DNA from: the human T2T-CHM13v2.0 reference genome, Homo sapiens
DNA: 64,000 bases
Strand: one strand, 5' to 3'
Assembly (NCBI RefSeq): GCF_009914755.1
Contig: NC_060938.1
Shown here in pieces: positions 1 to 19,016 of this stretch (its first letter is position 1; each line of letters begins with the position of its first letter). Made by a program: the position numbers and the translations under genes. The notes beneath the pieces were generated by a model that did no database searches, had not been told where the DNA came from, and worked only from the letters and a program-made list of their open reading frames with translations.

Positions 1-94
1 GAATTATAATCTTTTAAAGGTAGAGCCTAGAAATCTCTCTCTCTATATATACATGTATATATCTATATACATGTATATATGTATATATAAAAAT

Positions 95-395
95 GTTTGT
101 TTGTTTGTTTGTTTTTGAGACAGAGTCTCACTCTGTCACCCAGGCTGGAGTGCAGTGGCACGATCTCGGCTCACTGCAGCCCCGCCTCCTGGGTTCAAGT
201 GATTCTTGTGCCTCAGCCTCCTGAGGAGCTGGGATTACAGACATGTGCCACCATGCTTGGCTAATTTTTGTAATTTTAGCAGAGCCAGGGTTTTGCCATG
301 TTGGCCAGACTGGTCGCCAACACCTGTCCTCAACGATCCTCCCACCTTGGCCTCCCAAAGTGTTGGGATTACAGGTGTGAGCCACCGCACCAGGG
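95..395 (-). mobile_element. Alu with (TTTG)n tail, inserted in a MER5A-like relic
   Basis: Dimeric Alu consensus in reverse orientation; ctagaaatct repeated on both flanks. Confidence 0.9.
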
Positions 396-1292
396 CTAGA
401 AATCTATATATTTTTTAAAAACACCCCAGGTGATTCTGAGGCAGCCTCCAGGAATGTGGAGACTGCTGCTGTGGGTGGGGTAGTCATCATCGTCATCCTC
501 ATCCTCATCATTATCATCACCACACATGATCAGTGATAGCCCAGAAACTGTTTTCTTATAACAACCTTATCCAAGGGTGTCAATTAACTATGTATTTTGA
601 GGAGGGAAAAACCCAGAGGATCTTACTAAGTAAATAGCCAAGCACCTACTCAGCTTCCAGAATGTTGCCAGGTATTAGAAGGAATAGAAGACAAGTCCAC
701 TCCCTTGAAGAGTGGACGTATGATCTGGTTGGGGAAACCAGACTCATACCCAGGAAACATTAGTGTAATAATATGTAATCAGGTGCTAGAAGGCATGGTG
801 CAGATTTCCTGTGTTACGAGAATTGAGACACATGCATGATGCTTGTGGGCTTGAATACAGGGCTGAGTGAGATGGGCCTTGAAAGGTGAGTAGGATTTTG
901 AAAATTGGGCAGGAGAAGGGAAAGACTTTCCAAGTAGGATGAGGGGACACTAGTGTAAAAGCCTAAGGTGACTGAAGCTTGTGAAGAAGGCAGCAAGGAG
1001 CTTGTTACTAACCCAAAGAGGGGCCTTAGCCATGTTCTATGTCAGAATGACCATGGGTTCTAGCAAGTGCTGTCCAGAGAAGACAGGGTGAGGCTGGGGC
1101 CCCTTTGTTTCTCCAGTGTTTCCCTCTGCCTGTGGGGTGGCCCTAGGTTTATTCCAGGTGACAGATGCATGTGTACGTGGAGCAAGTGACTCCAACCCCA
1201 TGTGGCCAGGACTTACTTTCAACTCCAGGCCCCTACTGCTGCTGTCAGGGCCCAGCTGTGCAGAGGGGCTGGCCATTCAAGAGCCCTCCTGA

Positions 1293-1511
<219 letters not shown>

Positions 1512-2979
1512 TGACCAGGTGGCAGGCTGGTTGGTTGGACCACATGACACTGTTTTTTCCAGCAGTGTTTCCCCAGGGGGTGATCTGTAAGAGAAATGGG
1601 CATGGAGGGGTGCTGATCTAAAGGGTCTCTTCTCTATGGATCATTGAAAACTCTGGCCGAGGCATGAGGCCCAAAGCAAGAAGTGTCTGTTCTCAGACCT
1701 AAAAGGACAAATTCAGGCTTGTCCTTGCTATTACCATGGCCTCAGGAAATCCACCTCTGGTGCTTATATTTTTATACCAGATAGAGGATTGGTTAAGGTG
1801 GGCAGTGGAGCTACCCACCGCTTCCTTCTTGTGTCTTGTTCGCTTAGCTGCTCCTGAGTGACATTGAACGTAAAGGGAAATCAACTGCCAGGTCACCATC
1901 ATCTGATACCACAGAAACTGGGATGGGGTGGGGAGGTGACAAGCCTCAAGGACAAAGTACAAACTCCTTAGCATGGCAAGCAAGTGAAAACTCTGGCCCT
2001 GGTCTCCCCTTCCCTCTCGCCTCACTCTTCCCTTCACTGCTCCTCCATGCCCTGCACAGACTCCCAACCCCTGCTCCAAACCGCGGAGCTCAGGTACTCC
2101 AAGGAAGCAAGCTCTTTCATGCTCCATACCTTTTCCCACACTGTTCCTTCTACACAGTGTATCATTTCCACCTTTTCTCTGCTTGGAGAACTTCTATTCA
2201 CCCTTCTAAGTCTCAGCTCAAATATCTCCTCAGTCAAGCTTCTCTGATTTTCAAGGCAGGTATCTACTCTGAGCTCTTGGCTCCCGTGGCATTTTGTACA
2301 TATTTTATGGGACTTAACATGCTAGGTGTGTTTTCCAAACTGTGAATTTCAGTAGACTGTGTCTTCATGGTCTCTCCAAGCCCATCCCCTGAAGTGGGCC
2401 TGGCACATATGGTGTATGGCCCATACCTGTGCTGTACGCATGAATTACCTTCAAGGCTGCAAAGGTTTCTTGTCTCCCTTGACTGACTGGAGCCTTGGAG
2501 CTTGTGGGGCCTTTATTCATTTATCTTTCCCTGTTTCACATCATGGGAGGTGGTTCCCATGGATATTTTCAACTCTGCTTCTGTGTAATGCCATTGAGTA
2601 CAAGATCCCAGTCTGATAAATGGAGAGGACATCTTTTTTTTGGAGGTGGGGTGGGGGGTGGTTTGGGGACAGGTTCTAGCTGTGTTGCCAAGGCTGGGAT
2701 GCAGTGGTGCAATCATAGCTCACTGCAGCCTCGCTCTGTTTGTGAGAGCATCTAAATATGCTCTTGGGCTGGTTCCTGTTGGGTGTTTTTCACGTAAGCC
2801 CACTATGTCTCCTCATTCACCCCTGGAGGAACCAGGACCCCAGAAGATCATGTGACCCCGTTCTAGTAGGTGCCGTCTCCACTGGAAGGCACTTTGGGTT
2901 CCTTTATGACTCTTGATGGAGGAGTAACCTTGCCCTGTTGTGGGAGAGATCTGGGCCTTTTAGCTCTGGAGAAGAATGA

Positions 2980-3288
<309 letters not shown>

Positions 3289-3829
3289 TGAGGGAGCCCC
3301 GACCCCTGAAGACACCATTGGCTTTGGGGTCTGGGGACTTTCCTCGAACTGGACATCCAGACTCTTGGGTTCTACTTGGCACTGACCAAGTAGAACTCAC
3401 TCACTTCCTTTTGCCTAGGACTCTGTTTTCCCACCAGGAAAGTGGGAAGAGAACTTTCACTACCCAAAGCTGGCTTGATAATTATCTTGTGCAATGGTGT
3501 GAACCATGCAGACTTATTAAGTCCTTGTCACCATGCTTTGTGACAGGCTGGGCAAGTTTTTAAGCCCCCTTTTACAAATGAGGAAATGGAGCCTCAGGGG
3601 GGTTGTATGACTTTTCTGAGGTCACAGAACAAGCAACCTCTGGACCCAGGACTCCAGTCTTCTGACTCTAAACCTAGGGCTCCCAGCACTGACCACACCA
3701 TCAATCTCATCCCCTGGGTGCCTGGACCCACAAAGTTCAGGGGCTCATAAAGCCTGGGATTCAAGGTTTCTCCAGCCCAGGTCTCTAAGAGGAGCTGTCC
3801 ATCCATTGGCAATCCCATTTGGCGAGTGA

Positions 3830-4078
<249 letters not shown>

Positions 4079-4274
4079 TGAATTATCTCTGTCAGTCTGA
4101 CCAGACAGCCAGGCATGGGGGATGGAGCCACCACGAGGGGAAGCAGCAAGTCTGCTGCATCATTGACAGACACCTGCTGGGTGCAGGTGCCAAGTCCAGT
4201 CCATCTGGTTCAAAGGGTAAGACTCAGAAGCGGGATGTGATAACTCCCATCCACGCCCATTGAGCCAGGGGTGA

Positions 4275-4511
<237 letters not shown>

Positions 4512-4904
4512 TAGGCCCTGGCCCCCAGCTTTGGCACTCAGCCCCAGATGGGATCCCGGCCCTGTAGAGCCAGGAAACCCACACAGGGTCTGCTAGGCAT
4601 GAGGTGCTCCCTGGATATTGAAGGGTTTCTTCTCCAGTTACCTGCCTGCAGGCATCTCAGCACCACTGCTTTCTTGTGGCTGTTGGATCTGTGGTGAGAG
4701 GAAAGCCAGGAGCTTCTTCCATTTATCAAAAGCTCAGAGCTCTGTTCTCAGCAGACGTGCCCTGAGATGGCTGCAGATTGTGGTTTGAAAGGCAAAGAAA
4801 GTCCCCTTCAGCAGGTGGCTCTGGAATCTCGAGGGACGGGGTCAAAATATTTCCCACTCAATCTCACCAGGATCCTTGGGAAGGGAGGGACTGGCTGGGG
4901 GTAA

Positions 4905-5584
<680 letters not shown>

Positions 5585-6284
5585 TGGGCGCTCCTCCCCT
5601 GCTTCCCAAGTCTCCCCTGGATGGGCGGGGGAGGGGAAGGGGTGGCAGAGGGAGGCCTCACTCTACCAGCTCCTGGCCTCTCTGGTCTGGAGCCTATGTC
5701 TCCTCTGGGCCGGAGCTCCACTTGGGGGCCAGCCTTGCCCTCAAAGGACATGGACGCTGCCTTCCTCATCCTCACCCCACACCCCACCTTTGGGTCCACA
5801 CCAGGGCCATGCAGGCCTGAGCTGGGTGCTGGTTGTCATGGTGAGGTGAGGACAGGACCTGGTTGTATGTGGAGATTTGTGTCGGTTAGGGAGTGGGGTG
5901 GGGAGGTGCTGTCTACCACTGTGCCATCAGGCAGGGTCTGCCCCACTGAGGAAGATGGCAGCCCTCCCTGGTGCCCACTGGACCTCTCTGGGACTCTGCT
6001 GCCCTGCCCGTGGTCCTCATGTAGAAAGGCCTTGCCTCCCTACCTTGACATTCCCTTTTCCCCAGGGTTTCCTAACCCTCCCTTTGCTTCTGACACTCAG
6101 CAAAATGTCCCTCAGCTGAGACCCCTCATTTACACCACATCATGCTGTGCAGGAGGAAAGGGGCCTAGGACAGCAGCTTCTGGGCTCCTGACATACCACA
6201 CACCCGCCACAGTGCCGCTTTTCCTGAGCTCAGGCCCTGGCTGTGGGGCCACCCACTGATTCCCCTCCTCCTCTGGTGAGCTCA

Positions 6285-6771
<487 letters not shown>

Positions 6772-7509
6772 TTATGTACTTCTGGTTGCGCAGGGAGGCA
6801 GTGTTCCTGCTGGTCGAGAGATCACAGATATCTCCTTCCCAGCTGCCCCTGCTTCAGTCACCTTGCTGCCTCCTCTCCCTGCAGAGATTTCAGCCTGTGA
6901 AGCAATGTGACCATGAACTCTGGCAGCTGGGGACCCTGGGCCTGTGATGAGGCCAGTAGTCATTGGTTGGCTCAGTGTCATTGGGAGTGAAGCTGAAACG
7001 CCAATCTGCAGCTTCTGTGGAAGACCACCACCCTCCAGGGGGCTGAAGGGTGTGTCTGTCTCTCACTCATGGACAGACAGACTGCCCAGACCCTCTCCCT
7101 GCAGGCCCACCCTCCAAAGCTACCTGAGGCTATTGGCCTCCAGAAAAGGGGTCCACCTGGGATCAGGGTGCTCTTGGACACTGTTGACATTAAAGGTGCT
7201 CATTCTTTGCTGCTTGGAAAACCAAGAAGTTCTGAGAGATAAACAGATGGCTTCGGGGCAAGTCCCAGCAAAAAGTGCAAGAACCTGGGAGCCCACAACC
7301 TATTCTGTGGGAAGAGGAGCATTGTTGCCTCTAAGAACACATGCACATCTGCTGCTAGGCTGGCCGAGCCCAGGCCGGGCTGCCCTGCTCTTTGCTCAGT
7401 GCTTCCTGCCAAAACTAATCTCAGTGGTTCCTTTCAGTGATGGGTGGACTTTGGTGGCTTCATACAGTCTCTGCAGAATCTAGCTGGGGAGAGGGCTGAG
7501 TCAGTTTGG

Positions 7510-7515
7510 AATAAA
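7510..7515 (+). terminator. Candidate proximal polyadenylation signal (AATAAA) of PLEKHD1
   Basis: First non-Alu AATAAA I see after the stop codon; usage not shown by sequence alone. Confidence 0.4.
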
Positions 7516-7763
7516 TGCATTTGACAGGGCTGAGCCTAAATGTAAAACTTTAAACGTGTATAACATGCATAAACCTGGAACTTGTTTCTCTAACACGTAT
7601 GAAGGATGAACTTTGAATTGAAGGGGAATATTTATAAAACCAAGATTACTGTTTCCTTTTTTTTAAAAGAATTAATCATGGCTTGCTTTTAGAGAGATCT
7701 TTCATAATTTTCAGATGCATTTGTTTTTCTTGGGCGAGCTATTAACCAGACAGGAAAGTGCTA

Positions 7764-8424
<661 letters not shown>

Positions 8425-8690
8425 GTGCTTTTCCATGCACATTTACCAATCGATACTTCCTCCTATTCTCACCCTGTATTTTCCATGCCTCAGGCAAGTC
8501 TGAATTATCTTCAGCCAACTGAACAATCCATAAGTGTTTATTCGTTAAAAGCTCACTATGTACCTAGCACTGTAAATAGAAAAATAGCAACATCTCTATA
8601 TCAAAATACGTAGGAGTGGAAATTACTTAGTGGAGATATGTTGATGTAATTTTTTTAATTTTTAAAAACAAAACTCTTATTCCTTGGCCA

Positions 8691-8696
8691 ATTAAA
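8691..8696 (+). terminator. Candidate distal polyadenylation signal (ATTAAA) of PLEKHD1
   Basis: ATTAAA with a U-rich upstream stretch and GT-rich downstream element (gtatgtggtgtggtc). Confidence 0.45.
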
Positions 8697-9059
8697 TGCA
8701 TTTCCTGCAGTATCTATTTAAGTATGTGGTGTGGTCATTGCTAGAGAGATGTTGCTACCTGCAGGCCAAATGTAGAATTATGGAATCTGCTTGTCCTGTC
8801 TCTAATACGTACTCCTGCACATGCTTCTCTACATTTGAGGAAGTGCTCCCCACTGCTGCACCTCCTAATAATTAATTGAAAAATCTGTGTTCCAGCCCTG
8901 AGGTCCTGGCTGTCCCTGTGTAACAAGGACTATCAGCTAGATTTTCTTCTGATTTTAGCACAGACTAAAGGAACAGGACTGACTGTGCCAGTGAGAATAG
9001 CCTCAGGGAGACAAAGGATACCTAGGTTTTTTGTTTAGTGAGGTTTTCCTGTTTGTTTG

Positions 9060-9232
9060 GTTTTCCTGTTTGTTTTTGTTTTTAAGAGACAGAGTCTCAC
9101 TCTGTTGCCCAGGCTGGGGTGCAGTGGTGTGATCATGGCTCACTATAACCTCAGACTCCTGGGCTCAAGTGATCCTCCCACCTCAGCCTCCTGAGTAGCT
9201 GGGACTACAGACACGTACCATGATGCCCAGCC
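9060..9232 (-). mobile_element. Alu monomer (FRAM/FLAM-like)
   Basis: Single arm; aggatacctag repeated on both flanks. Confidence 0.8.
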
Positions 9233-11398
9233 AGGATACCTAGCTTTATGGCCTGCTAGTTTCAGTATCCCTGCTGGAAACTGACAGTTTTACCTGCTCT
9301 GATGTGGGGAAGTGTATGCTTTTGTTTAGTAATCATATAAAGGAGAGCCAGAAATGAGTGAGAAATGGTGATGACTGGATTCTCCTCCTGTTTGGTTTGT
9401 GTGCTTTTCCACCAATGATGTTAATGGATGAAGCAAGAGATCGTGAAACACTTGGGTTCTGACCCATTCCCCAGCTCCCAGTCCTTGCAAGAATGCTCTC
9501 CCTCTATTCATCTGGAAGGATGTAATTCTTGCCCCCAACCCACTCCAAGCCCACCCAGCTCAGCATAGTCTCAGCAGCCTGTTTGGAGTCCACAATGAAT
9601 GATGATAGTGGAACAAAACTTGCTCAAGTCTCAGGGAGCCAGTCCAGGTGTGTCAGATTTTATCCAATAGGAAGATAAATAAATCCACTGGGCAAAATAG
9701 TCCTGAAGCCCTCAGATAAAGTCCAGCAGTCCCTGTGGAACTGTGTGCTTCTGCAATCAGCCATGTTGACACTTCTCAGACCCCCAGGCCTTGCAAGGTC
9801 TCTCCAAAGTCAGAAACTCTGCAGCTTTGACTCTTGGAGAAAAAGCTGCTGACTTCTCTTATCTCACCCCACCCCTGGCAAACAGGAGTTGAGGGATGTC
9901 TTTTGCAAGGCTTTAGGAGAGATTACAATGGTTGTTTTTACCTCCTGAAAGAGAGCCACTCCCAGACACACAAAGCAACTGGGAGAAACTGGTTATTCAA
10001 ACTTCCGAGTGGGTGTGGAATGTTGTGGTGTCAACATCCCCAGGTTCAGTTCTCCTGGCTCGGCACATCCCATCTCCCATTCCCTTCCCTGGACGTGGGC
10101 TTCCACCCATGGCTTACAGCTCTTCTGACCCAGAAATGAACTTCACCACTCCATCTTACTGGGTTAAAGGTGTTCATGGGAAATATAGGAAATACTCTAA
10201 GTCCAGGAGTCCTGGGGGGTGGGGACCTTAATAACCAAATCCCTTGTGGTGAACTTTACCTGTCACTGTCAACTCTGAGTATGCCTCTGGCTGAGACTTG
10301 ACAGTTGGGCAGGGAAGTTGGGGTGAGTCAGAGTTGCTCACAAGGGCTCAACAGCAGGGGCTCCAGGAGACATCCAGGCAGTTTCAGAGCCAGCTGCATT
10401 TGGGGGCTCATGCTCTCTTTGCACTCCACCACCCTTCCCCTGGAGGATCTGACACCTGCCTCTGGGCTGAGAGTCCCATTATGAACAGACTCAGCCTCCC
10501 CTTGTAATCCTGGCAAAAGCTGTGGTTGGTGGGCCTTGGAGTGTCCAGAAAGAGAGCCTTCCCCCTTGCAGAGCAGTGACTCCAGTGGCAAGACGAGACC
10601 TAGGGGAAGAAGTTGTTGTGCACTGTCTGCTGCTGTGGGTGCGGGGGAAGGCTCTGCTTTGCCACTTGCTGGCTCCTGTGGCTTTTGAAAAGTCACTATT
10701 TAAAATGTTTACTGTATTTATGCATTTTTAGTAAGCAGGAGAGAAATCCCTTCAATCTTACAGGCTGCTCAGAGCCTTTGTGGTTCTGAAGTTCTATGAT
10801 TGGGACTTTGCATCCCTGAAATCAACAGAAAATTGGCTGCCACTGCTACCAGTGATCAAGAACATACAGGATGTCAGGTTCTGGCTCAGGTAGCACTCAA
10901 TGCCATGCCATCCTTAGAACTGTCTATGAAAATATATGTTTGCTTTGAGATGAGAACAGGAAAGATAACTAATTTATCACCTCAAGGAAAAGGTAACTGT
11001 GACTAATCATAGTTGCTTGGAAGGCTTTTCTGGTAAAGAAAAGATGCCTATTGTCATGTTCACCCTGTATCTGAGACCATCAGTCAGCATCACTTCTTTC
11101 CATCTCTGAGAAACAGGGTTTGCTCTGTCACCCAGGCTGGAGTGCACTAGTATAATCATAACTCACTGTAGCCTCCTGGGCTTGAGCAATCCTCCTGCCT
11201 CAGCCTCCTAAGTTGTAGGATTACCAGTGTGAGCCACCATGCCACTTCTTTCCATCTTCGTTCAACACGTATTTATTGTGATTCTATTGCATGAAGTCAA
11301 GTGTCTACCACGTGCTTATCTCTTTCACTTACTGGCTCTTAAATTGTGGTGAAATACACACAACTTAACATTTACCATTTTAACTATTAATATTTCTA

Positions 11399-12055
<657 letters not shown>

Positions 12056-13244
12056 CACATGTATATATTTATAAGTGTAATATAATATATGCCAGTAGTG
12101 TTAAATATGTTCACATTTTGTGCAACCACTCTCCAGAACTTTTTCATCTTGTAAAACTCAAACTCTGTATCTATTAGACACTCCCCATTCTCCTAACCCC
12201 CAGCCCCTGGCAATCACCATTCTACTTTCTGTCTCTATGATTTTTGACTACTGTATATACCTTATATAAGTGGAATTATACAGCATTGGTCTTTTTCTGT
12301 GCCTGGCTTGTTTCACTTACGATAACGTCCTCAAGATTCATCCATGTTGTAGCGTATGTCAGAATCTCCTTCCTTTTTAAAGTTGGATAATGTCCTATCA
12401 GTTTTCAGGAGAAAACCTGATTGAAATCTCATTCTTCTGACAAATTGTTGGCCAATGGGGAGGGCCCTGGATGTCTTAAAGGACAAGAGAGTCACAGCCA
12501 AAGGAAACTGGATCCCTACCCTTTCCTTTTCCAGGTTTCTCCCTCCCCACTGTGGCCTGGTGTTAGGGATGCTTTGGTGTTCACGTCTATCTTCTTCCCA
12601 GCAGATGGCAGCATGCTCCGAGCTGGCTTGCAAATTCCAATGGGAAAGTGAGCTGAGCCTCTGGGAGACGGCGGGGGTGGAGGGGTTTTGGTGACAATCT
12701 GCTGCAGTTTTGCACTATTGGTGTTGAGTCTCACCCTTGTTCTCCCCTTTAAGGTATGAAACAAAGGACTCTGCTTTGTCCATCACTTACTGAGTCCATT
12801 ATATACCATGCACTTTCACATTGACTTCTCTTCTGTATTCACATATCTTTCCTTGATTTACAGAAAAAAATGGAACCCACATAGTTTGGGGGACTTGCCC
12901 AAGGTCACACAGCTTGTAACTGGAAGGTCAGCTTGTATCTGAGTTCAAGGGCAGTGCTTTTTCTAGCATCCCCTAAAAAAATGTAAAAATTTTAAGTGAC
13001 TTTTTTCCATTGCCTTATTCATTCATTCAGTCATTCATTCAGTAAATATATTGAGCTCCTCTATATTTTAGGTCCCAAGAATCTTCACTCAGAGATTTTC
13101 TATCATGAGTTCTTAAGGGATTAACTCAGCTGTTTGGTAACTGCTGGTCTCCTAAGAACTCTTCTTTTCTGGAAGTCTGGTTAGTCCAATGTAACAAGTT
13201 CAGAGTTTCTCAACCTAAGGACTTTGCAAAGTAACAGGTCATTT

Positions 13245-13552
13245 CTTTTTTTCATTTATTTTTAGAGACAGAGTCTTGCTCTGTGGCCCAGGCTGGAGTA
13301 CAGTGGTGAGATCATAACTCACTGCAGCCTCAAACTCCTGGGGTCAAGTGATCTTCCCATCTCAGTTTCCCATGTAGCTGATACTACAGGCATGTCCCAC
13401 TATGCCCAACTAATTTTATTTTTTGTAGAAGTGGGGTCTTGGTATGTTGTCCAGGCTGGTCTCAAACTCCTGGCCCCAAGTGATCCTCCTGCCTCAGCCT
13501 CCCAAAGTGCTGGGATTATAGGCATGAACTACTGTGCCTGGCCAACAGGCCT
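13245..13552 (-). mobile_element. Alu (J-like)
   Basis: Reverse-orientation dimeric Alu. Confidence 0.88.
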
Positions 13553-14386
13553 AGTTTCTTGCTGCCTTCAATTACTTCCAAGCTGGCACTCTCTTGATTT
13601 TCTCTTTTCTTTGCCCTTCATCCACACTTCCCACATCAAGTATCCTCTAGAAGAGAAGTAACCTCTTAGAGGAGGCAGCCAATGGGAAGCCTCTGGGCTG
13701 GGGATCTGAAGGCCTGGGTGATCCTGAAGAGCCAACAATTAATCCGAGACATCCAACCTCCCCTTTGTAAAATGAGGGTGTGCAATTAGATGCTCCCAAA
13801 ACTCTCCTCCAATCCTGGTGTAGATTATATAAAATCTCTACCTTATGGAGGTTTTTTGGGAAGAATGTTACATTTGCAGGAAATGAGTATCAGCATATTT
13901 TTGAAAAATCATTTTTGTTTTTGGAGTCAATAGCACTTCTACCTTGACACATTACTAAATGCCATCCCCATTTCTCCCCTGTGACCGCCTGCCTTCATCC
14001 ACTTGAAGGCAGCTTCCTGCACGTGGCTGTCTAGAGCAGGGCACCTGCCATCCAGGTCACTGGAGCAGATACTGTGGGTCAACTTCAATGGTCTCCAAAG
14101 AGGGGCATGGGCACCCTGGGGACACACATGATGGCCCCTTTGGGCCATGGGGAATAAACATGCAGAACTTTTTCTTGAAGGGTTTTCTTCTCTAAAATAA
14201 TTAAAAGAAAATGAAGTCTTCCTTAGTTTCAATACATATATTGACACTGGCACCCTCACTTACCCTGGATGCCAGGGATGTTATGTCATGATCACATGAG
14301 GGTTTCTGAGTGCCACAATTTGGAGGAGGAAGTGACAATGACACTCTCCCATGTCATATTCAGGGTATTGTGGTGCATTGTAGTTT

Positions 14387-14655
14387 ACATCTTGTGAAAT
14401 GAGTATACAGATTACATATCTAGTTTTAACAAGTTAACTCTCATAGACTGCATTCATGGCTCTAAACATTTCCTGCAAAGAAGCTGCAAGTCATACTATT
14501 AGCACAAGTACAAGCATACAACAAGGAAAAGAAATGCTGGCATTTTCCCCGCCCCTATAAGAGCTGTGTTAACTCTATTACAATAGGTAGGAACAACTAT
14601 GATCTAATCAGACCTAACAAGGAGTTGTCCCCCTACATTTGAAATAATTAAGAAA
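14387..14655 (+). repeat. Donor copy of a ~270-bp local duplication (second copy at 16040-16309)
   Basis: Manual alignment shows 11 substitutions + 1 indel between the copies. Confidence 0.95.
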
Positions 14656-16004
14656 ACTTGGGAAGGTATTCAGCTGCAAGTAACAGAAAGCCCAACCATG
14701 GCAGCTTATACAAACTCCTGACCGCAGGTGATCTACCTGCCTTAGCTTCCCAAAGTGCTGAGATTACAGGCATGTTTATACAAACAGAGGCTTATTTTTC
14801 TCATGTATCTAGAGAACTGAAAGCAGGCAGCTGATGATATTGCTAAATCACATAAAGAAATGAGGGCCAGCTTCTCTGCCATTCTCTTGGCCTTTCTCTC
14901 ACAGTTGCAAGATGTTCAGCCATCACATCGGCACTGATGGCAGGAAGAAGGTGGGAAGGAAATAAAAGGCAATGTCTGCACCTTTGACCTATTTTTCATG
15001 AAAACTCCCCAAAGCACCTCAAAAACTTTTGCAGATATTTTGTTGGCCAGAGCTGGATCACATGGCCACCTCCAGTTGCAAAAGAGGCTGAGAGTGACTA
15101 TTTGGCTTTCTAGTCTTTGTGGCAGTGGTAGCAAGAGAGAAGGGAGTTAGGAGTATCTGCTAAATTAGCCAACCAGTAGTGTTTGCCACAAAAGTGCTTA
15201 AGTATGGATTTACATTCACTCATCATTAATGATGTACTTCATAAAAAGTGAATACTGAGGCTATGTGTCATGACTCATGCCTGTAATCCCAGCACTTTGG
15301 GAGGGCGAGGCTCACTTGAGACCAGGAGTTCAAGAACAGCCTGCACAACATAGTGAGACTCCATTTCTACAAAAAAAAAAAAAAAAAAAGCAACTATTGA
15401 GCCTTGAGATATTTTCTCTGACAATATAATACATGTATAAGGGGAGTGATGCTGAAAACAGTTTTACTGTACAATAAAACACTTGGATAGCATTACCCTA
15501 ACACTTGAAATTCATTCACTTCTTCCTTAAGAACAAAATCCCGGTTCACCCCTAAGGGAAAGGTGAACTCTATTTCAAGCTCGAGGGTAAATCCTGATTA
15601 GTTTAATCCAATCATGGCAATTTCACTTCTCTACCAGAGATTTCATTAGGAGTGGGCATGCGACCCAGGCTGGCCACTGAAATGAGAAGCCCACTGGAAG
15701 ACTTCTGGGACAGATTTTCTCTCCTTAAAAAAGAGTCATGGGGCAGATACGATCCTTTTCTCTCTACTGGATATTTTATGTCTGAATATGACACTAGAAC
15801 TAAGACAGCCAACTTGGGACCATGAGGGCAACTGGCTTGAGGACCAAGCCAGCATGTCTGGGATGGCCAAGCAGAAAAATGGCAAGAAGCCATAGTCCTT
15901 ACTGAATTGCAGAGTCACTGAATTAGCCAACACTGTATCTGCCCAATTTCAGGGCTCCTTGTGATATGAACTAACTTATGTTTCCTTATAGTTTAGGCCA
16001 TTTT

Positions 16005-16567
<563 letters not shown>

Positions 16568-16617
16568 TAGGCCATTTCGATTGGGTTTTCTGTTCATTTG
16601 CAAATAAGAACAATTTA

Positions 16618-16731
<114 letters not shown>

Positions 16732-16961
16732 TCATCTTAAAAACAACAACAAACAAAAGAACAGTCTAACCAACACAGTCACTTTAGCTTTATCAGAACT
16801 GTATGATCCTCAAAGTCTGAAGGCCTTTTCCCAAGGAAGTCAAAGCATTTTCCAGTCACCGAAAGGGAACTGGAATTTATCTACTCACTCATTCAACAAA
16901 TATTTATTGAGAACCTACAACATATTTTTAAAAATTCTGTGATGCTTCCCCGCTGTCCTCA

Positions 16962-19016
<2,055 letters not shown>

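Noticed and set aside
5621-6259. 212-aa ORF just after the PLEKHD1 stop
   Set aside because: GC-rich 3' UTR sequence with no homology I recognise; no evidence of translation.
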